A stretch of DNA of 55,603 bases, the filler included, from Squatina squatina (lineage: Eukaryota), in NCBI GenBank assembly GCA_031763465.1. It is 3 parts of 3 records of this genome, joined end to end, with 100 filler letters (N's around TTAATTAATTAA, not from the genome) between each part and the next. Parts side by side here need not be neighbours in the genome. Positions count along the whole stretch, not along the records: positions 1 to 18,992 come from JARFOE010000016.1; 2 more parts are not named here. One strand, written 5' to 3'. This document shows positions 1-12,039 of the stretch, one piece after another. The notes under the pieces are model-generated. The model did not search any database, was not told the DNA's origin, and saw only the letters and a list, made by a program, of their open reading frames with translations. The position numbers and the translations under genes were made by a program. The first letter of the stretch is position 1; each line of letters begins with the position of its first letter.

Positions 1-1419
1 GAATTCACCGCGAAGGATAAATACCAAACTCGGATATAAAAACCTACCTTTTTAATGCTTATCAAAGCTCCTTCATAACGCAAAACGCTGAACTATTAAA
101 ATTCCAGAGGAAAAAAAGGAGTCAGATTACGTTGACTGGTGTACAGGACACTGTAGTCGCTGTATAAAGCGCTAACGGGCTGGATATCTCAGTGTACCGC
201 ATCATCACGGCTTCTCATTAATAATGAAGCACACAGAGCTCCGTTTTGAAGTATAATTATTAAATAATTTGATATGCTTAATCGCATTCAGCCCTAAATA
301 TAATTAAGCTGCGCAAAAAAAAGCTAAGCTCCAGAATGGGTAATTAAGTGCAATAGTACCCATTAAATCTTACTTCCCGTTAACAAGTGCAATTAAGCAA
401 AACAAACCATTTACTGGTTTCCTCTCAACTAAAATTACACTTTTAGGCAGTAAAGGTAACAGAAGCACATTCATTTCTCTTGGTCTTTTGAAGGTTTGTA
501 AATTTAAAGTTATTCTCAATTGGAGTAGGTTCAAGCTCTGTCTGGTAATTAACTGCATTACATCCAGAACCAGTGTCAATTTATTTACCAAGAGACCTGG
601 TAGCTTTCTACAATTTGTGTATATTTCAACAACAAAAAAATCTGCCAAGATAGAGGTTTAGCAAGTTGCACTGTGCCCAAAGCATTTTAAAAAAGTGACA
701 ATCAATAAATAAATAGTAGAAACACATGACTGACTTTCGGTTGCACAGGACTGCTAAAGATTCCTTATCTATAATCCAGCTCTTTGGTAAACGATCGAGT
801 ACCAAATAACATTATCGTAACATACGAGTACACTAATAGGCTAAAACTAATCAGAATTACAACCAACCACCCCGTAATTCACCTTAATCGTTATAATTAA
901 CGCCNNNNNNNNNNNNNNNNNNNNNNNNNNNNNNNNNNNNNNNNNNNNNNNNNNNNNNNNNNNNNNNNNNNNNNNNNNNNNNNNNNNNNNNNNNNNNNNN
1001 NNNNTTTCCAAATCTGCAGGTCCTCAAAATTCCAGCAGGACAAACCAGCCAAGATTGCCTGGCCTCAGAAGGCCACAAATGGCCCACAGGCTGCAGTTTG
1101 ATGCGGAACGTTAACACACAAACAGGCAGCAGAATTAGCTTACTGCAATTGAGGCATGGTACGAGGATATTATTGCTCACCTCCTGTTGTAACTGATACT
1201 TAGCCAATATTATGCAATTGGTAGAAGTATTGACTAATTGCATGTCCTTATTAAACATCCACAGTGTTTCACCATCAAGGTCAGAAATTTAAAGTTGGGC
1301 TACTTCTTCCTTTGCACTTGACCCATAGTGAAGAACAACAAACTATAACATCCAAGGGGAGGGCAGGTTCCTGGATCATACATTGCCTGAGGATTGGAAA
1401 GCAGGCTAACAAGAGTCAA

Positions 1420-1720
1420 CCTTTTAAAAAGGGGCACAGGTCTGACCCATTAACTACAGGCTATTGAGTCTAACATCTAATGAGTGGAGTATTGGAAGGC
1501 ATCCTGAAAGGATGGGATAACGAACACCTAGTCTATCTATGGTATTGTAAGGAATAGAATACAAATCTCAAAGTAAGGCACTGGTACAGCCACCCTGGAG
1601 GCAGTATGAAAAAAGGCAACCAAACTGTTTCTTGGCTTACAGAATATGAACTGAGGTTGAAAAGCCTGGAATGTTTTACTGTGGAGGAGAGAAGGATCAG
1701 GGGAGATATTCAAGTATTGA
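1420..1720 (+). mobile_element. Degenerate CR1 LINE RT-region fragments
   Basis: Contains ttttaaaaaggggcacagg...actacaggctattgagtctaacatc (FKKG..NYRP.SLTS-like), gaatagaatacaaatc, and 'YELRLKSLECFTVEERRIRGDIQV' (CR1 C-terminal YEERL..L.LFSLE.RRLRGD motif). Has stops and deletions; bounds approximate. Confidence 0.65.
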
Positions 1721-1727
1721 AAGAAAA

Positions 1728-1992
1728 GAAACGCTTACATTTATATAGTGCCTTTCAAGACCTCAGGATGTCCCACGTGACAGCCAATTTGCGCACAGCT
1801 TTAATGATGTTGGTTGAACGATACAAATTGGATCTTTCCATCCACCTGAGAGGGAAGATGGTGGCTTGGTTTAACATCTCATCTGAAAGACGGCTTCTCT
1901 GACAGTACTGCACTGGGAGTATCAGCCTGGAGTGGGATTTGAACCCGCGAACCTTCTCACTCGGAGGCAAGTCTGCTACCCACTGAGCCACA
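1728..1992 (-). mobile_element. tRNA-derived SINE (DeuSINE/SacSINE1-like), internally deleted
   Basis: Minus strand has A-box-like gtggctcagtgggtagc, B-box-like gggttcaaatccc, core gtctttcagatgagatgttaaacc and tail gggacatcctgaggtcttgaaaggcactatataaatgtaag. Closely similar to the + strand copy at 27777-27996. Confidence 0.8.
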
Positions 1993-2736
1993 GCTGAGAT
2001 CTCGGATCTTTGCAGTCTGGCTCAGTTCCAAATCAACGAATGGGGATAGCCACGATTTATGCATTAATTGTGCATTCATTGCCAGTCTATTGGGGGTTAA
2101 CATCTGAGGTAAATCTTTTGTCTCAACTACATTTAGTGCTGGATTTGGATGAAACATAGAGGCATTGATTCTAGGTTTTGCTTGTCTAACCATTGTGTAA
2201 CAGTCTTATGCAAGAGACTCAATTCAAAAGCTGGGCTTGCAAGGGAAAAAAAATTGGCATTTCAAATTTCTCAGCACAGTGCTAATTTATGCAGAAAATA
2301 CATTTGGTAAGATGAATTGTTTTTACTCCAGGTTAAACAGAGTGATGATTTTCTGTGTATCACACTGCACACATTATTTCCCTGTCAGCTTGTTCAGAAA
2401 ATTAATTGCTGAAGTGTTTATAAAGGTCTGTGACATAAAATGAAAATAATGATTATGGTATTATCCCCTTTGCTTCTTCTAGTTATAATTCCAGTTGCAG
2501 AATTAATCTCTTAAGGCTCACGACTACACTTTGTTCTATTTCCAAGGCATGGTGGTTAATATTTTAATGATTTCTGCAATTATTAATAAAGAATTGGCCT
2601 CTGATATCCATTTCGCTCCATTTTATCTTTGTAATGTTTGGATTAAAGGATTGTTGGGAAAATCTATATTCCTGTGTCTTAAGGTCGTGCATTTCCCTGG
2701 GGTTTCAGTTGTTAAATGCCTGCTCAGAAGATTATG

Positions 2737-2814
2737 GGAGCTAAATTGGGTTGTGTAGTGCCTGTGTTTTAGGCCCAACATGGCCACATAACGATTGAAA
2801 ATGGGGCCCAAGAT

Positions 2815-2848
<34 letters not shown>

Positions 2849-3340
2849 CTGACAGGAAGTGCTCAGGACGCCATCTTGGTATAGGGATTTGCGCTCATGC
2901 TCCTAACAACTGCCAGCAGCGTGTAGAACTGCCACCTGCTTCTAGCCATTGGTGGCCTGGCAGGGCTACTGCTGGGAATTGTGCATAACTGGGAGAATGA
3001 AGGGAGGCCACGCAGAGCAGGACAAGCTGTGAGAAGAGGGAGGAGGAGGAGGGGAGGAGGGGCTCTCAGCAGGAGGCCATACCCATTGAGAGCATTCAGG
3101 GAACAATTCTCTCACCTCAATCTTCAGCACGAGATGTCTTTACTTCACAAAAGAGGTCGTGACTGAGATCTGCCAACTGCTGCAGTCACAGCTGCAACCT
3201 CAAAGCAGGGCAAGGACAGCATTGCCTGTAGTTGTCAAGGTGACCTTGGTTCTCAATATTTATGCATCTAGATCCTTCCAGGCTGCTGCTGGAGATATAA
3301 GCGATATCTCGCAGTTTGCAGTGCACTGCTGCATAAGGCA
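2737..3340 (+). mobile_element. PIF/Harbinger transposon 5' end and N-terminal transposase (HARBI1-like) remnant
   Basis: Translates across frameshifts as ALSRRPYPLRAFREQFSHLNL...VTEICQLLQSQLQPQSRARTALPVVVKVTLVLNIYASRSFQAAAGDISDISQFAVHCCIR, the HTH region of Harbinger DDE nucleases. Truncated by an RTE fragment. Confidence 0.8.
2818..2846. repeat. (CA)n microsatellite
   Basis: Perfect CA run read directly from the sequence. Confidence 0.95.
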
Positions 3341-3591
3341 TGTCTCTGAGCTCTGCCCATCAAGAGACACAATGGACATAATCTTCAGCGCACGGCAAGT
3401 CCAAGAAAGTGCAGAGAGCAGTATCAACCTCTGTACATGGCCTTTTTTAACCTCACAAAAGCCTTTGACTTGGCCAACTGGGAGGGATTATGGAGGGTTC
3501 TCCTCAAATTTGGCTGCCCACAAAAAATTGTCACCGTCCTTCGCCTGCTCCACGATGACATGCAAGCCATGATCCTCACCAACAGTTCAAC
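3341..3591 (+). mobile_element. RTE-clade LINE reverse transcriptase fragment (frameshifted)
   Basis: PSRDTMDIIFSARQVQE / LYMAFFNLTKAFDLANWEGLWRVLLKFGCPQKIVTVLRLLHDDMQA matches RTE RT motifs (IF..RQLQEK; AF.DLTKAFD..R.GLW..L.K.GCP). Runs into a gap. Confidence 0.85.
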
Positions 3592-4473
3592 NNNNNNNNN
3601 NNNNNNNNNNNNNNNNNNNNNNNNNNNNNNNNNNNNNNNNNNNNNNNNNNNNNNNNNNNNNNNNNNNNNNNNNNNNNNNNNNNNNNNNNNNTGATCATAC
3701 TGAATGGCGGTGCAGGCTCGAAGGGCCAAATGGCCTACTCCTGCACCTATTTTCTATGTTTCTATGTTAGGCCCTAGAAGTGGACAGGGAATTCGAGGGA
3801 ATTAACATGGGGCAGGAAACCACAGTATACAGATTCGCAGCTTCGGAACAAACTTACTCGCTCCAATTACCTGCTGAAATTATGCCAAAAATTGTGTGGA
3901 AATTTTTCCTGCCTAGATTTGGATCCTGCCACAGAGACAGACAGAAACTGAACATGAAGCTAAAATTCCTCATCACTTTCCATGCGAGCTGAATTTAAAT
4001 CCAGTTGCCAGAGGTGTAACACCTCATTGCGCTATCATTAACTACTTGCTACATTCGGAGCCTTTGCAAGGGAAATTATACGGACTGGAACGTGTGATTT
4101 GTGCAGGGAGGTTAGAAGTCTGAAAATATATGGACGCTCTGTTAATGAACCTGCAAATGACAAATGCTTGGTCAATTACCTGGAGGTTACACTATCGAAC
4201 AGAAAATCTTGCTCCTGTCTGTGTGATTCGTGGTAAAGGTGATGTGATGTCTGATTATGCTGCATCCAGCAAATCAAGTGATGTGTGGTCGAACTGGGAA
4301 TTGTACAAACCCAGAGCATTTTAGACCATGAGTTCAGCAACTTTATTGTTTCACCTCTGGGTCTGTGCCCAAAGTTTAAGTCCACTCTATTTTTTTCTCC
4401 AAATTCTTTTCCCTTTTCTCCTGAAGGCACTGACACTTGCAGGGGTTTCCACAATTCTCAACACCCACTGGTA

Positions 4474-5237
4474 CCTCGCCGAACTGGGGGGTCCTTTTCC
4501 CCGTTACTGCCTCCAGGGGTGGAAATTTCCCGGGAAGTCGTGGAGGCGCTGGAGCACGAGAGCCGCGCCCTGCGATTAGCGCCCCGGGCCGGCGCGCAAT
4601 CGATGATGATGTCATCACTGTGCGCGCCATCCCCTCACCTCCCCGCTCCAACCCCTTTGTGCCCAGCGGGGGAAATTGCCCTGTGGGATGTGAGGCTGGC
4701 GGGAGGCGATGGCACCACCAGCTCTGTGAGGCACGAAGCTGGCGCACATCGGCTCCCGGGCCGCCCCTTAAAGGGGAGGCCTATTGTGCCCCGGGCCGCC
4801 ATTTTTTTTGTCGGACAGCTCTTGGGTCGACCGACCAATGGCGGCCCTCGCATCGAGCGGGCCGCTATCCTTTAGCTCGGCACGCCAACTTGCGCTCTGG
4901 GCTGCTGGCCCGGTCGATCGCGTGCCTGGTGGCCCCGTGGCGGCCATCGGGGGGGGCGCTGGAGAGTGCGCTGCGGCCCTCCCCCCTGACTGAAGGGGAA
5001 GGGTGTTAGAGCGCGCTGCGGAGCTCCACGGAGCACTGGCCTCTTCAGCCCAGTGCCGCACTGCCGCCCCGACACTGACCCGGAAACGATGCGGAGCACC
5101 GGACACAGCGCTCCACTTCATTTCCAGGGCGGTCGTGGCAATTTTACATTGGGGATGGGACTTATGGGCAGGGCGCTAAAAGTCCCAGCCCCGGAGAGTT
5201 ACCGCCCTAAAAGTGGGCGAGGGGCCATCTGGGCCCC
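4474..5237. mobile_element. GC/CpG-rich non-autonomous repeat (probable Harbinger-type MITE)
   Basis: Abrupt GC-rich block in AT-rich flanks with no credible protein. Has an internal perfect 11-bp inverted repeat (4793-4803/4837-4847) and shares motifs with 25953-26366. Terminal inverted repeats only weakly recognisable. Confidence 0.55.
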
Positions 5238-5469
5238 TGGCTGTTCTTCTTGTGCGAGTTCCAGCAGCAAGTCTAGGCATAATATTGGCTCTTTAATTGT
5301 GTCCCATATCACAGCTGAGCCCAGTCATTTCCTCACCTCAACACTGCACACACACACTTTCCAGGGTGGATCGCAGCATAACAGTCAGAAGCTGGAACCC
5401 TGGCTCCAGAGTGCTGAGGCCAGCAGTAATGTCTCAGTCACTGCTCCAGCTGAGAAAACTTGCACTCAC

Positions 5470-5720
5470 ATGAGTGCCTTTCACACCCTCAGAACATCAC
5501 AAAGCACTTGACAGCCAATGAATTACTTTTGGAGTGTAGTCGCTGTTATTTTGTAGGCAAACGTGGCAGCCAATTTGCACATGACGAGGTCCCACAACCA
5601 GCAATCCCACAAAGAGTGATGAGATAAATGAGTAGACAATCTCTTTGGTGGTGATGGTTGGGGGTATAAGCATTAACTGGGGCACTGGTATAACTCCCTT
5701 GCTTTTCGCTGAAAAGTGTA
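5470..5720 (-). mobile_element. DeuSINE-like 3' half
   Basis: Reverse complement gives gtgcaaattggctgccacgtttgcctacaaaataacagcgactacactccaaaagtaattcattggctgtcaagtgcttt, the same tail as at 41907-42062. Confidence 0.7.
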
Positions 5721-5999
5721 CTTGAATGGGCAGAAGGGATGTCAGTTTAGGAGTTTTGGTCTCCTTATCTGAGGAAGGATGTTCTTGCGATGGAGGGAGT
5801 GCAGTGAAGGTTCACCAGACTGNNNNNNNNNNNNNNNNNNNNNNNNNNNNNNNNNNNNNNNNNNNNNNNNNNNNNNNNNNNNNNNNNNNNNNNNNNNNNN
5901 NNNNNNNNNNNNNNNNNNNNNNCAGGGATGGGCAATAAATGCCGGCCTTGCCAGTGACACCCACGTCCCAAGAATGAATTTTTAAAAAACCCTTCCAAC

Positions 6000-6497
6000 C
6001 GAGCGTACAGGCTAAGGTGAAAATTCCTGCAATTAACCAAAGAGGACGGCATGTGGAGACGATGCTTCCAGTCAGAACAGCCTTCATGAATCACAACAGC
6101 TTCGCTGTGCACTCAGGGAGGCAGTGACAGATTTGCAAGCTGCACTGCCTGTTACAGTAAAGGCCATTGCAATGCTGAACATTTTTGCCGCCAGCTCCTT
6201 CTAGGCAGCCATAGAGGACATCAGTAAAAACAACCAATCTGCAGTTCATTCAAGTGTGAGGCAAGTAACTAATGCTTTGTTTGCGAGTGCACCCTCCATC
6301 ACTTTCCCTGTGGACAAGAGGAAATAGTAAGAGAAGAGTCCTGAGTTTCACTTAGGACTGCAAGATTTACCAAAGTCCAGAGGTTGCGCACATGTTGTGT
6401 GTGCTGCTTCCCAGAATAGCACAACCTTCACGAACTGCATGGGCTTCCACTCTATCAATGCATAGCGAGCCTGTGATGATTTGCACTCGGATTGCCA
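6000..6497 (+). mobile_element. Harbinger transposase pseudogene fragment (HTH to catalytic region)
   Basis: AALPVTVKAIAMLNIFAASSF*AAIEDISKNNQSAVHSSVRQVTNALF...FTNCMGFHSINA*RACDD, compared with the Harbinger consensus F.NRKGFHSINVQ.VCD. Has in-frame stops. Confidence 0.8.
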
Positions 6498-7979
6498 NNN
6501 NNNNNNNNNNNNNNNNNNNNNNNNNNNNNNNNNNNNNNNNNNNNNNNNNNNNNNNNNNNNNNNNNNNNNNNNNNNNNNNNNNNNNNNNNNNNNNNNNGTA
6601 CAGGTCAGCCTTACAAGTATGTTCTCAATTTCCTTGCAATTGCCGGCTAATCCCTTCAATAAATGACACAATCTACAAATCCTTGAGTCATGCACAGAGG
6701 GAGAATGCTTGATGGCTCAATAAGAAATATCAAAATCTCTGTATCAACAAAATGTGGAATAAATTTAAGAAAGGCTCTGTTAATGTGAACTGCTTCACAG
6801 CACACTCTCTCACATCCATCCAATAGTAATAATAATTAAAAAAATCTTCAGACAAGATGAATTAAATGTAATATTTGCTTCCCGGAGGTAAATGAGTGGC
6901 CAAATCATTTCATAAAAAGATGTAGAGGGAAGAATAATAATTTACCTCAATAAGCTGCTCACTGTTGACACATTCTCTGTATCTCGTACAAAGCCAAATG
7001 CGCAACTAATGAGCAAGTCAGCGCCGGAGAAGCACTTATCATAACATTCACTGACAGGATTTATTACCTAGTAACAAAAGTCCTTGCAAAGGAAATAAAG
7101 GATATGGTGCTACGATATGGATGGGCAAATTCNNNNNNNNNNNNNNNNNNNNNNNNNNNNNNNNNNNNNNNNNNNNNNNNNNNNNNNNNNNNNNNNNNNN
7201 NNNNNNNNNNNNNNNNNNNNNNNNNNNNNNNNCTTTCCTGCTGTTAAGTGCATCCAGCTGAAGGCCACAGTCTGCCTGCAGGCTGTTAAAGGAATCCATT
7301 ATTGAGCTGTGTCAGGGTTTGGAGTTCTATCTCATCTCCTTGTCACAAAGCACTATTTAGGAAATTGAGTGATTCAGCAAGAGGGTAGGATGCCCCGCAA
7401 TTTATCTCCAGCATAGTGACAGCTCCAATACCTAGTGTGCGCTGTCTGATTGCCACTGTCACCTCCAATCTCTCTCCTTCCTTCCCTTACCCATCGGTGC
7501 CTCATTGTGCAACGTGAAAGTCAATTGCAGTTCAACGCGCATGANNNNNNNNNNTGATTTATTGCAGACCAACAGCAATTAATCTACCGACCAGCACCAC
7601 AAATTACCCACAGCATCTCTACTCCAGGTCCCGTTCTTTGCCCCATCCTTACCAAAAAAAAAGACTTGCACCAAAGCAATTTGCGGAATCCCCGGGGGGT
7701 TCTTTTATTTGTCAGCGCAAGTGCATCTTTTAATAAATGCTTTACAGTGTTCAATGAAACAGATTGTGCATTTTCTCTATCCCTTCCTCCTCCCTCTTCA
7801 TTTGGTCAACGTGCTCCCTACTGTTCCATGAGAGTAGCACCTTCTGGTGCCCAACCCAAGTGGCCAAGCTTCAGGGTTGNNNNNNNNNNNNNNNNNNNNN
7901 NNNNNNNNNNNNNNNNNNNNNNNNNNNNNNNNNNNNNNNNNNNNNNNNNNNNNNNNNNNNNNNNNNNNNNNNNNNNNNN

Positions 7980-8290
7980 GCCTCAAGCAACGCTTCAGCT
8001 GCCTGGACTGCTCTGGGTGAGCCCTGCAGTACTCAGCTGAGCAAGTATCAAGATCTGTGGTAGCATGCTGCACAACCTCACCATCATAAGGGAACTGCCC
8101 TTGCCACCACCCACCAGACGAGAAGCTGGGAAGCAGGAGTACGAGGAAGAGAAGGAGGATGAGGAGGAAGTAGAGGAATAAGAAATGCACAGGAAGTGGA
8201 GCAACAGGAAGAGAAAAGGAGGCTACAATGTAGACAGCCCCTTTCTGCCCAGGATCCGTGTGATCAAATAATTTATGAATGATATCAGTA
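7980..8290 (+). mobile_element. Harbinger transposase C-terminal remnant
   Basis: LKQRFSCLDCSG*ALQYSAEQVSRSVVAC / MLHNLTIIRELPLP followed by an acidic E-rich tail. Compare LKxRFRCLD.SGG.LQY.P..V...CC.LHN. Confidence 0.8.
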
Positions 8291-8427
8291 ACCTCAACCA
8301 CAACTCACCATTTACCAACAATCCCATGCTTACTCAGTCACTGATCATCACATAAAAGCCATCAGAAAATGCACATTTTAATCCAAATTAATAAATTTAA
8401 TCTTTAAAAAGTACATATTAAAATAAA

Positions 8428-8790
8428 CTAATCATCCTTGTACATTCCCTTTGTGCCTGTCTTCAGCATGCCTTTGCCTGTCCTAGTGCTCCTATGAGGT
8501 GCTTCCCCACTGGCTGCAGCTTGGGTGGTGGAAACCTTCAATTGAGGAGACTGCAGATGGCCTTGGAAGTCGACCTCGAGCAGCTCTGGGCCTAAAAGGC
8601 CTGGCTTTAGACTCCACCATCTCGGCATAGCCTGCAGCAGGCTGGGCTGGCTGGCTGATAGGCAACAGCAAGGCACTGGTGGAGGGGCAGGGGTGGGAGC
8701 AGGAATGCTGTCATCCTGAGATAGGACTGCAGGTTCATGCTCCACGGAGCCCAAGCCACTATCCTGGGAGTAGCCTCAGCAATGCTACTG
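8428..8790 (-). mobile_element. Probable C-terminus of Harbinger second ORF, convergent with the transposase
   Basis: Minus-strand reading frame ends ...RSTRTGKGMLKTGTKGMYKDD* and faces the transposase 3' end across an AT-rich spacer, in the same contig. Assignment is by position, not by a recognised domain. Confidence 0.45.
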
Positions 8791-10029
8791 ATCTGTTGAA
8801 GAACAGATTGATGGACNNNNNNNNNNNNNNNNNNNNNNNNNNNNNNNNNNNNNNNNNNNNNNNNNNNNNNNNNNNNNNNNNNNNNNNNNNNNNNNNNNNN
8901 NNNNNNNNNNNNNNNNGGGCAGGGGGGAGGAGGTGACAGAGGTAGTGGGGAGCAATGCCATGAAGGGATTTAAACCCGAGGATGAGAATTTGAAATGAGA
9001 CTCCTACTCCTCCAACCCACAAGCACATTCCTCCAGTTTCAAAGAGCCTGCCAACAATTTACTTCCAAAAACACCAGTTTGATTTGGAGATGTGAATGGT
9101 TTCTGGACATTTTTGTGTGAGACAGTACTTGTCGAGCATGTCGGTGGTTCGGAGTTACAATGACCTTGGGCTGTGAGTATTACAAAGATCCCAATTACAG
9201 AGCCCATATTAAAGGTTCCTCTCCTTATCCCTCATTGTGTATCCATTAGAATTCATCCCGACCCCAGCCATCTGTTCGGGTTGGTTGAGGTTCATTTTTC
9301 ACTGTTGCAGATAACTGATTGGGGTCAGTCGGGTTGAGTTGGCTGTTTATATTCAGACGCGGTTGGTAATGGAGAACAATAGGGAGTTGACCTGAAGCTT
9401 GCAAGGAATGCAGAAATATATAAATACTGTTGGCATCCGAATGCATTGGACTGGAAAGTGCAGAGTGATTCGGTATGTTGTGTGTTACACTGAGAACATC
9501 GGGAGACCCCAGTCTGTGAATCCATTGAGGGATTGTGTCACTGTAATAAATAGCAGCAGAACTCTGGTTCCTCAGGNNNNNNNNNNNNNNNNNNNNNNNN
9601 NNNNNNNNNNNNNNNNNNNNNNNNNNNNNNNNNNNNNNNNNNNNNNNNNNNNNNNNNNNNNNNNNNNNNNNNNNNNGTGCCCACTACCGTCACGTGTCTG
9701 TGTTGCATGGGTTGTTATTTTCAGATGATCCTAAGACGGTTTTCTCTGAATGCTAACTTTTACAGACCCTTCCTAACTGTTCTGCAGTTCCTAGAATGAT
9801 CCTGTCCGTTGACACTCCCTAAACTGCTACTCTTCTGGAATTAAAAAAACAGAAATTGCTGCAAACTCACCACATGGCTAATGTACGGAACCATCTTAGA
9901 TTTTTATTTACGATTTTGAGCATATGCTTCCATCATCCTCGCCCCCACCTCCCCCCCAATATTATTTCTCGTGCATTTTCCAGTGTGTTATCCTTGGCAG
10001 ATGCTCCCAAGCACATGATTTTTCGTTGC

Positions 10030-11006
10030 AGAGTCGTCTCTTGGAGACGCTCCCTGGAGCAGCTGCGTTTCCTCCAGCGCCGCCTTTTTGCAGATGCTCC
10101 CTGAATGGGCTTCCCGTGCGCGTCGTGGGGGAGGTGGGGGGTTTCTTCTCTTCCACAGACGCTCCCTAAAGCCAGCAGCGACTGCCTTTGCGCCGTGTGT
10201 GGAGCGCGGCCGTTTGCAGACGCCCCCTCGCCTCCCCGGACCGGCGCGACTGCTGTTTGCTGCGAGTTCAAATCAGTCCCGGCGTGCTGCGCGCTGCTAA
10301 CGGCTTCGGACTCTGTGTGTGTGAGAGAGAGAGAAAAAAAACAGAGAGAGAGAGAGAGAGAGGAGGAGGAAAAGATGGCCGAGTCTCTGCCGCAGACTCC
10401 CAGCAGACACGAGAAAAGCCTGGGACTCCTCACCACCAAGTTCGTGTCCCTGCTGCAGGAGGCCAAGGACGGCGTGCTCGACCTGAAAGTGGTGAGAAAT
10501 TCGAGGGAAGGAAGAGCGGAGAGTGTGGGAGTGGGAGTGGGAGTGGGAAGCTCCATTGAACGGTGGGAGTGGGAAGCAGCCGGCTGACAGGGTCAGGCAC
10601 GGGGACAGGGCCGGCGCGCTTCCCGCAGCACGAGGGAGAGTTTGGAAGGCGGAGACGGCGCGCTCCGAGAGGAGAGGAGACGAGCGTCGCGTTCCGAATC
10701 CGAACCCTCCTGGGGGTGGGGGTGGGGAGGAAGAAAGTTAACACGTGCGCACCTCCTGCTACATCCCCTGTGGGCGGCCGGGCACTCACTTCCCTCAGCC
10801 TGGCCGCCCCCGCAGCACTCGGCTGCTCGAGCCGCAGGAGCTGGCCTTGTGATCTTCCTCCTCTGAACTCACCTTGCCTCGCTCTCGGCAGCCGGTGTGC
10901 ACATTTAATGCACATACACCTGGCCAGCTTCCCGGTCAATTCCTTATCTCTCACAGTTAAATGAGGTGGTTTCTGACAGCCCTGTGTGTGTGCGCGCGCG
11001 CGTCTG
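10030..11006 (+). promoter_or_regulatory. E2F4: CpG island / promoter and first intron of E2F4
   Basis: GC- and CpG-rich block around the E2F4 start codon, with a (GA)n tract in the presumptive 5'UTR (about 10323-10362). Bounds approximate. Confidence 0.75.
10375..10491 (+). CDS. E2F4: E2F transcription factor 4, first coding exon
   Basis: ATG in aagATGG context. Encodes [39 protein letters not shown], then donor GTGAGA (phase 0). TPSRHEKS and the short N-terminus favour E2F4 over E2F5, and the ELMO3 exon downstream fits known E2F4-ELMO3 synteny. Confidence 0.95.
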
Positions 11007-12039
11007 NNNNNNNNNNNNNNNNNNNNNNNNNNNNNNNNNNNNNNNNNNNNNNNNNNNNNNNNNNNNNNNNNNNNNNNNNNNNNNNNNNNNNNNNNNNNNN
11101 NNNNNNCCAGTGCCCACGTCACACGTTTGAATCCACTGCCTGACCGTTTCTGTGAGATCGCTCCACCGACTTCCGTGCCCGTTCCTGCCTTTTTGTGAAA
11201 GACAGTCGGATTGTTTCAATAGTTGCCTCTGTTACTTTATGGAGTTTTATGGACGGCGTTCGACGAAGACTATTTCAGGATATAAAGATAACACTTTTTT
11301 GGGGATTCTCGAAATAAAAAATTATTTTTGTACTTTTGTGGGGCAAGTTTAAAATCGCAACACGCCAGTTTATTGTACAATTTTACAAGACAGCCTTTCG
11401 TAAACTGACCTTCATCTCAACATAGCACTTTAGAGAAATCAGATGTTTATATTGTATCATAAGACAACAGATGGTCATTCCATTGTAGACAGTGGCTTTG
11501 CAAAGGAAGAATTTATATCTTATTTTTCTTCTTGTATTTTAACGGTGACTGAATCAGTTGAGGAAAGTCACTTCCTGTTTGAAATACTGCAACTTTGTCA
11601 CGAGTTTGCATATCGTGTGTTCCTCAGCTTAATGAATTGTAATTGTGCTTTTTTTTTTCCCCCCCCCCTTTTATAATTTTTGTTTCAACGAGCTGTTTTT
11701 ATTTTATTGGTTGAGCTTTGTACTACGTTTGGCCGTTTTGAACCAATGCNNNNNNNNNNNNNNNNNNNNNNNNNNNNNNNNNNNNNNNNNNNNNNNNNNN
11801 NNNNNNNNNNNNNNNNNNNNNNNNNNNNNNNNNNNNNNNNNNNNNNNNNAGCAAGGGGAAGCCTGATATCCTGGCAAAGCCTGCTTCTCTCTGTTTAGGG
11901 AGAAGACCCTTCTTCGATAGTACTGAGTCTCTGTGACCTCCCGGATGCAGTGATGGACAGCGAACTGCGAGATTGTTGCTATTATTTCTCCAAATCAACC
12001 TTAACTGCTGGTGCTAAGGTGCTACATTTTGAGGCCAAT

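Noticed and set aside
4285-5511. Stack of long overlapping ORFs on both strands
   Set aside because: High GC suppresses stop codons. No recognisable domain or splice structure, and the sequence is related to a second repeat copy at 26 kb.
9933-11122. 207-aa and 230-aa minus-strand ORFs, and the N-terminal extension of ORF 10105-10587
   Set aside because: By-products of the CpG island, microsatellites and N-gaps. Only 10375-10491 matches a protein.
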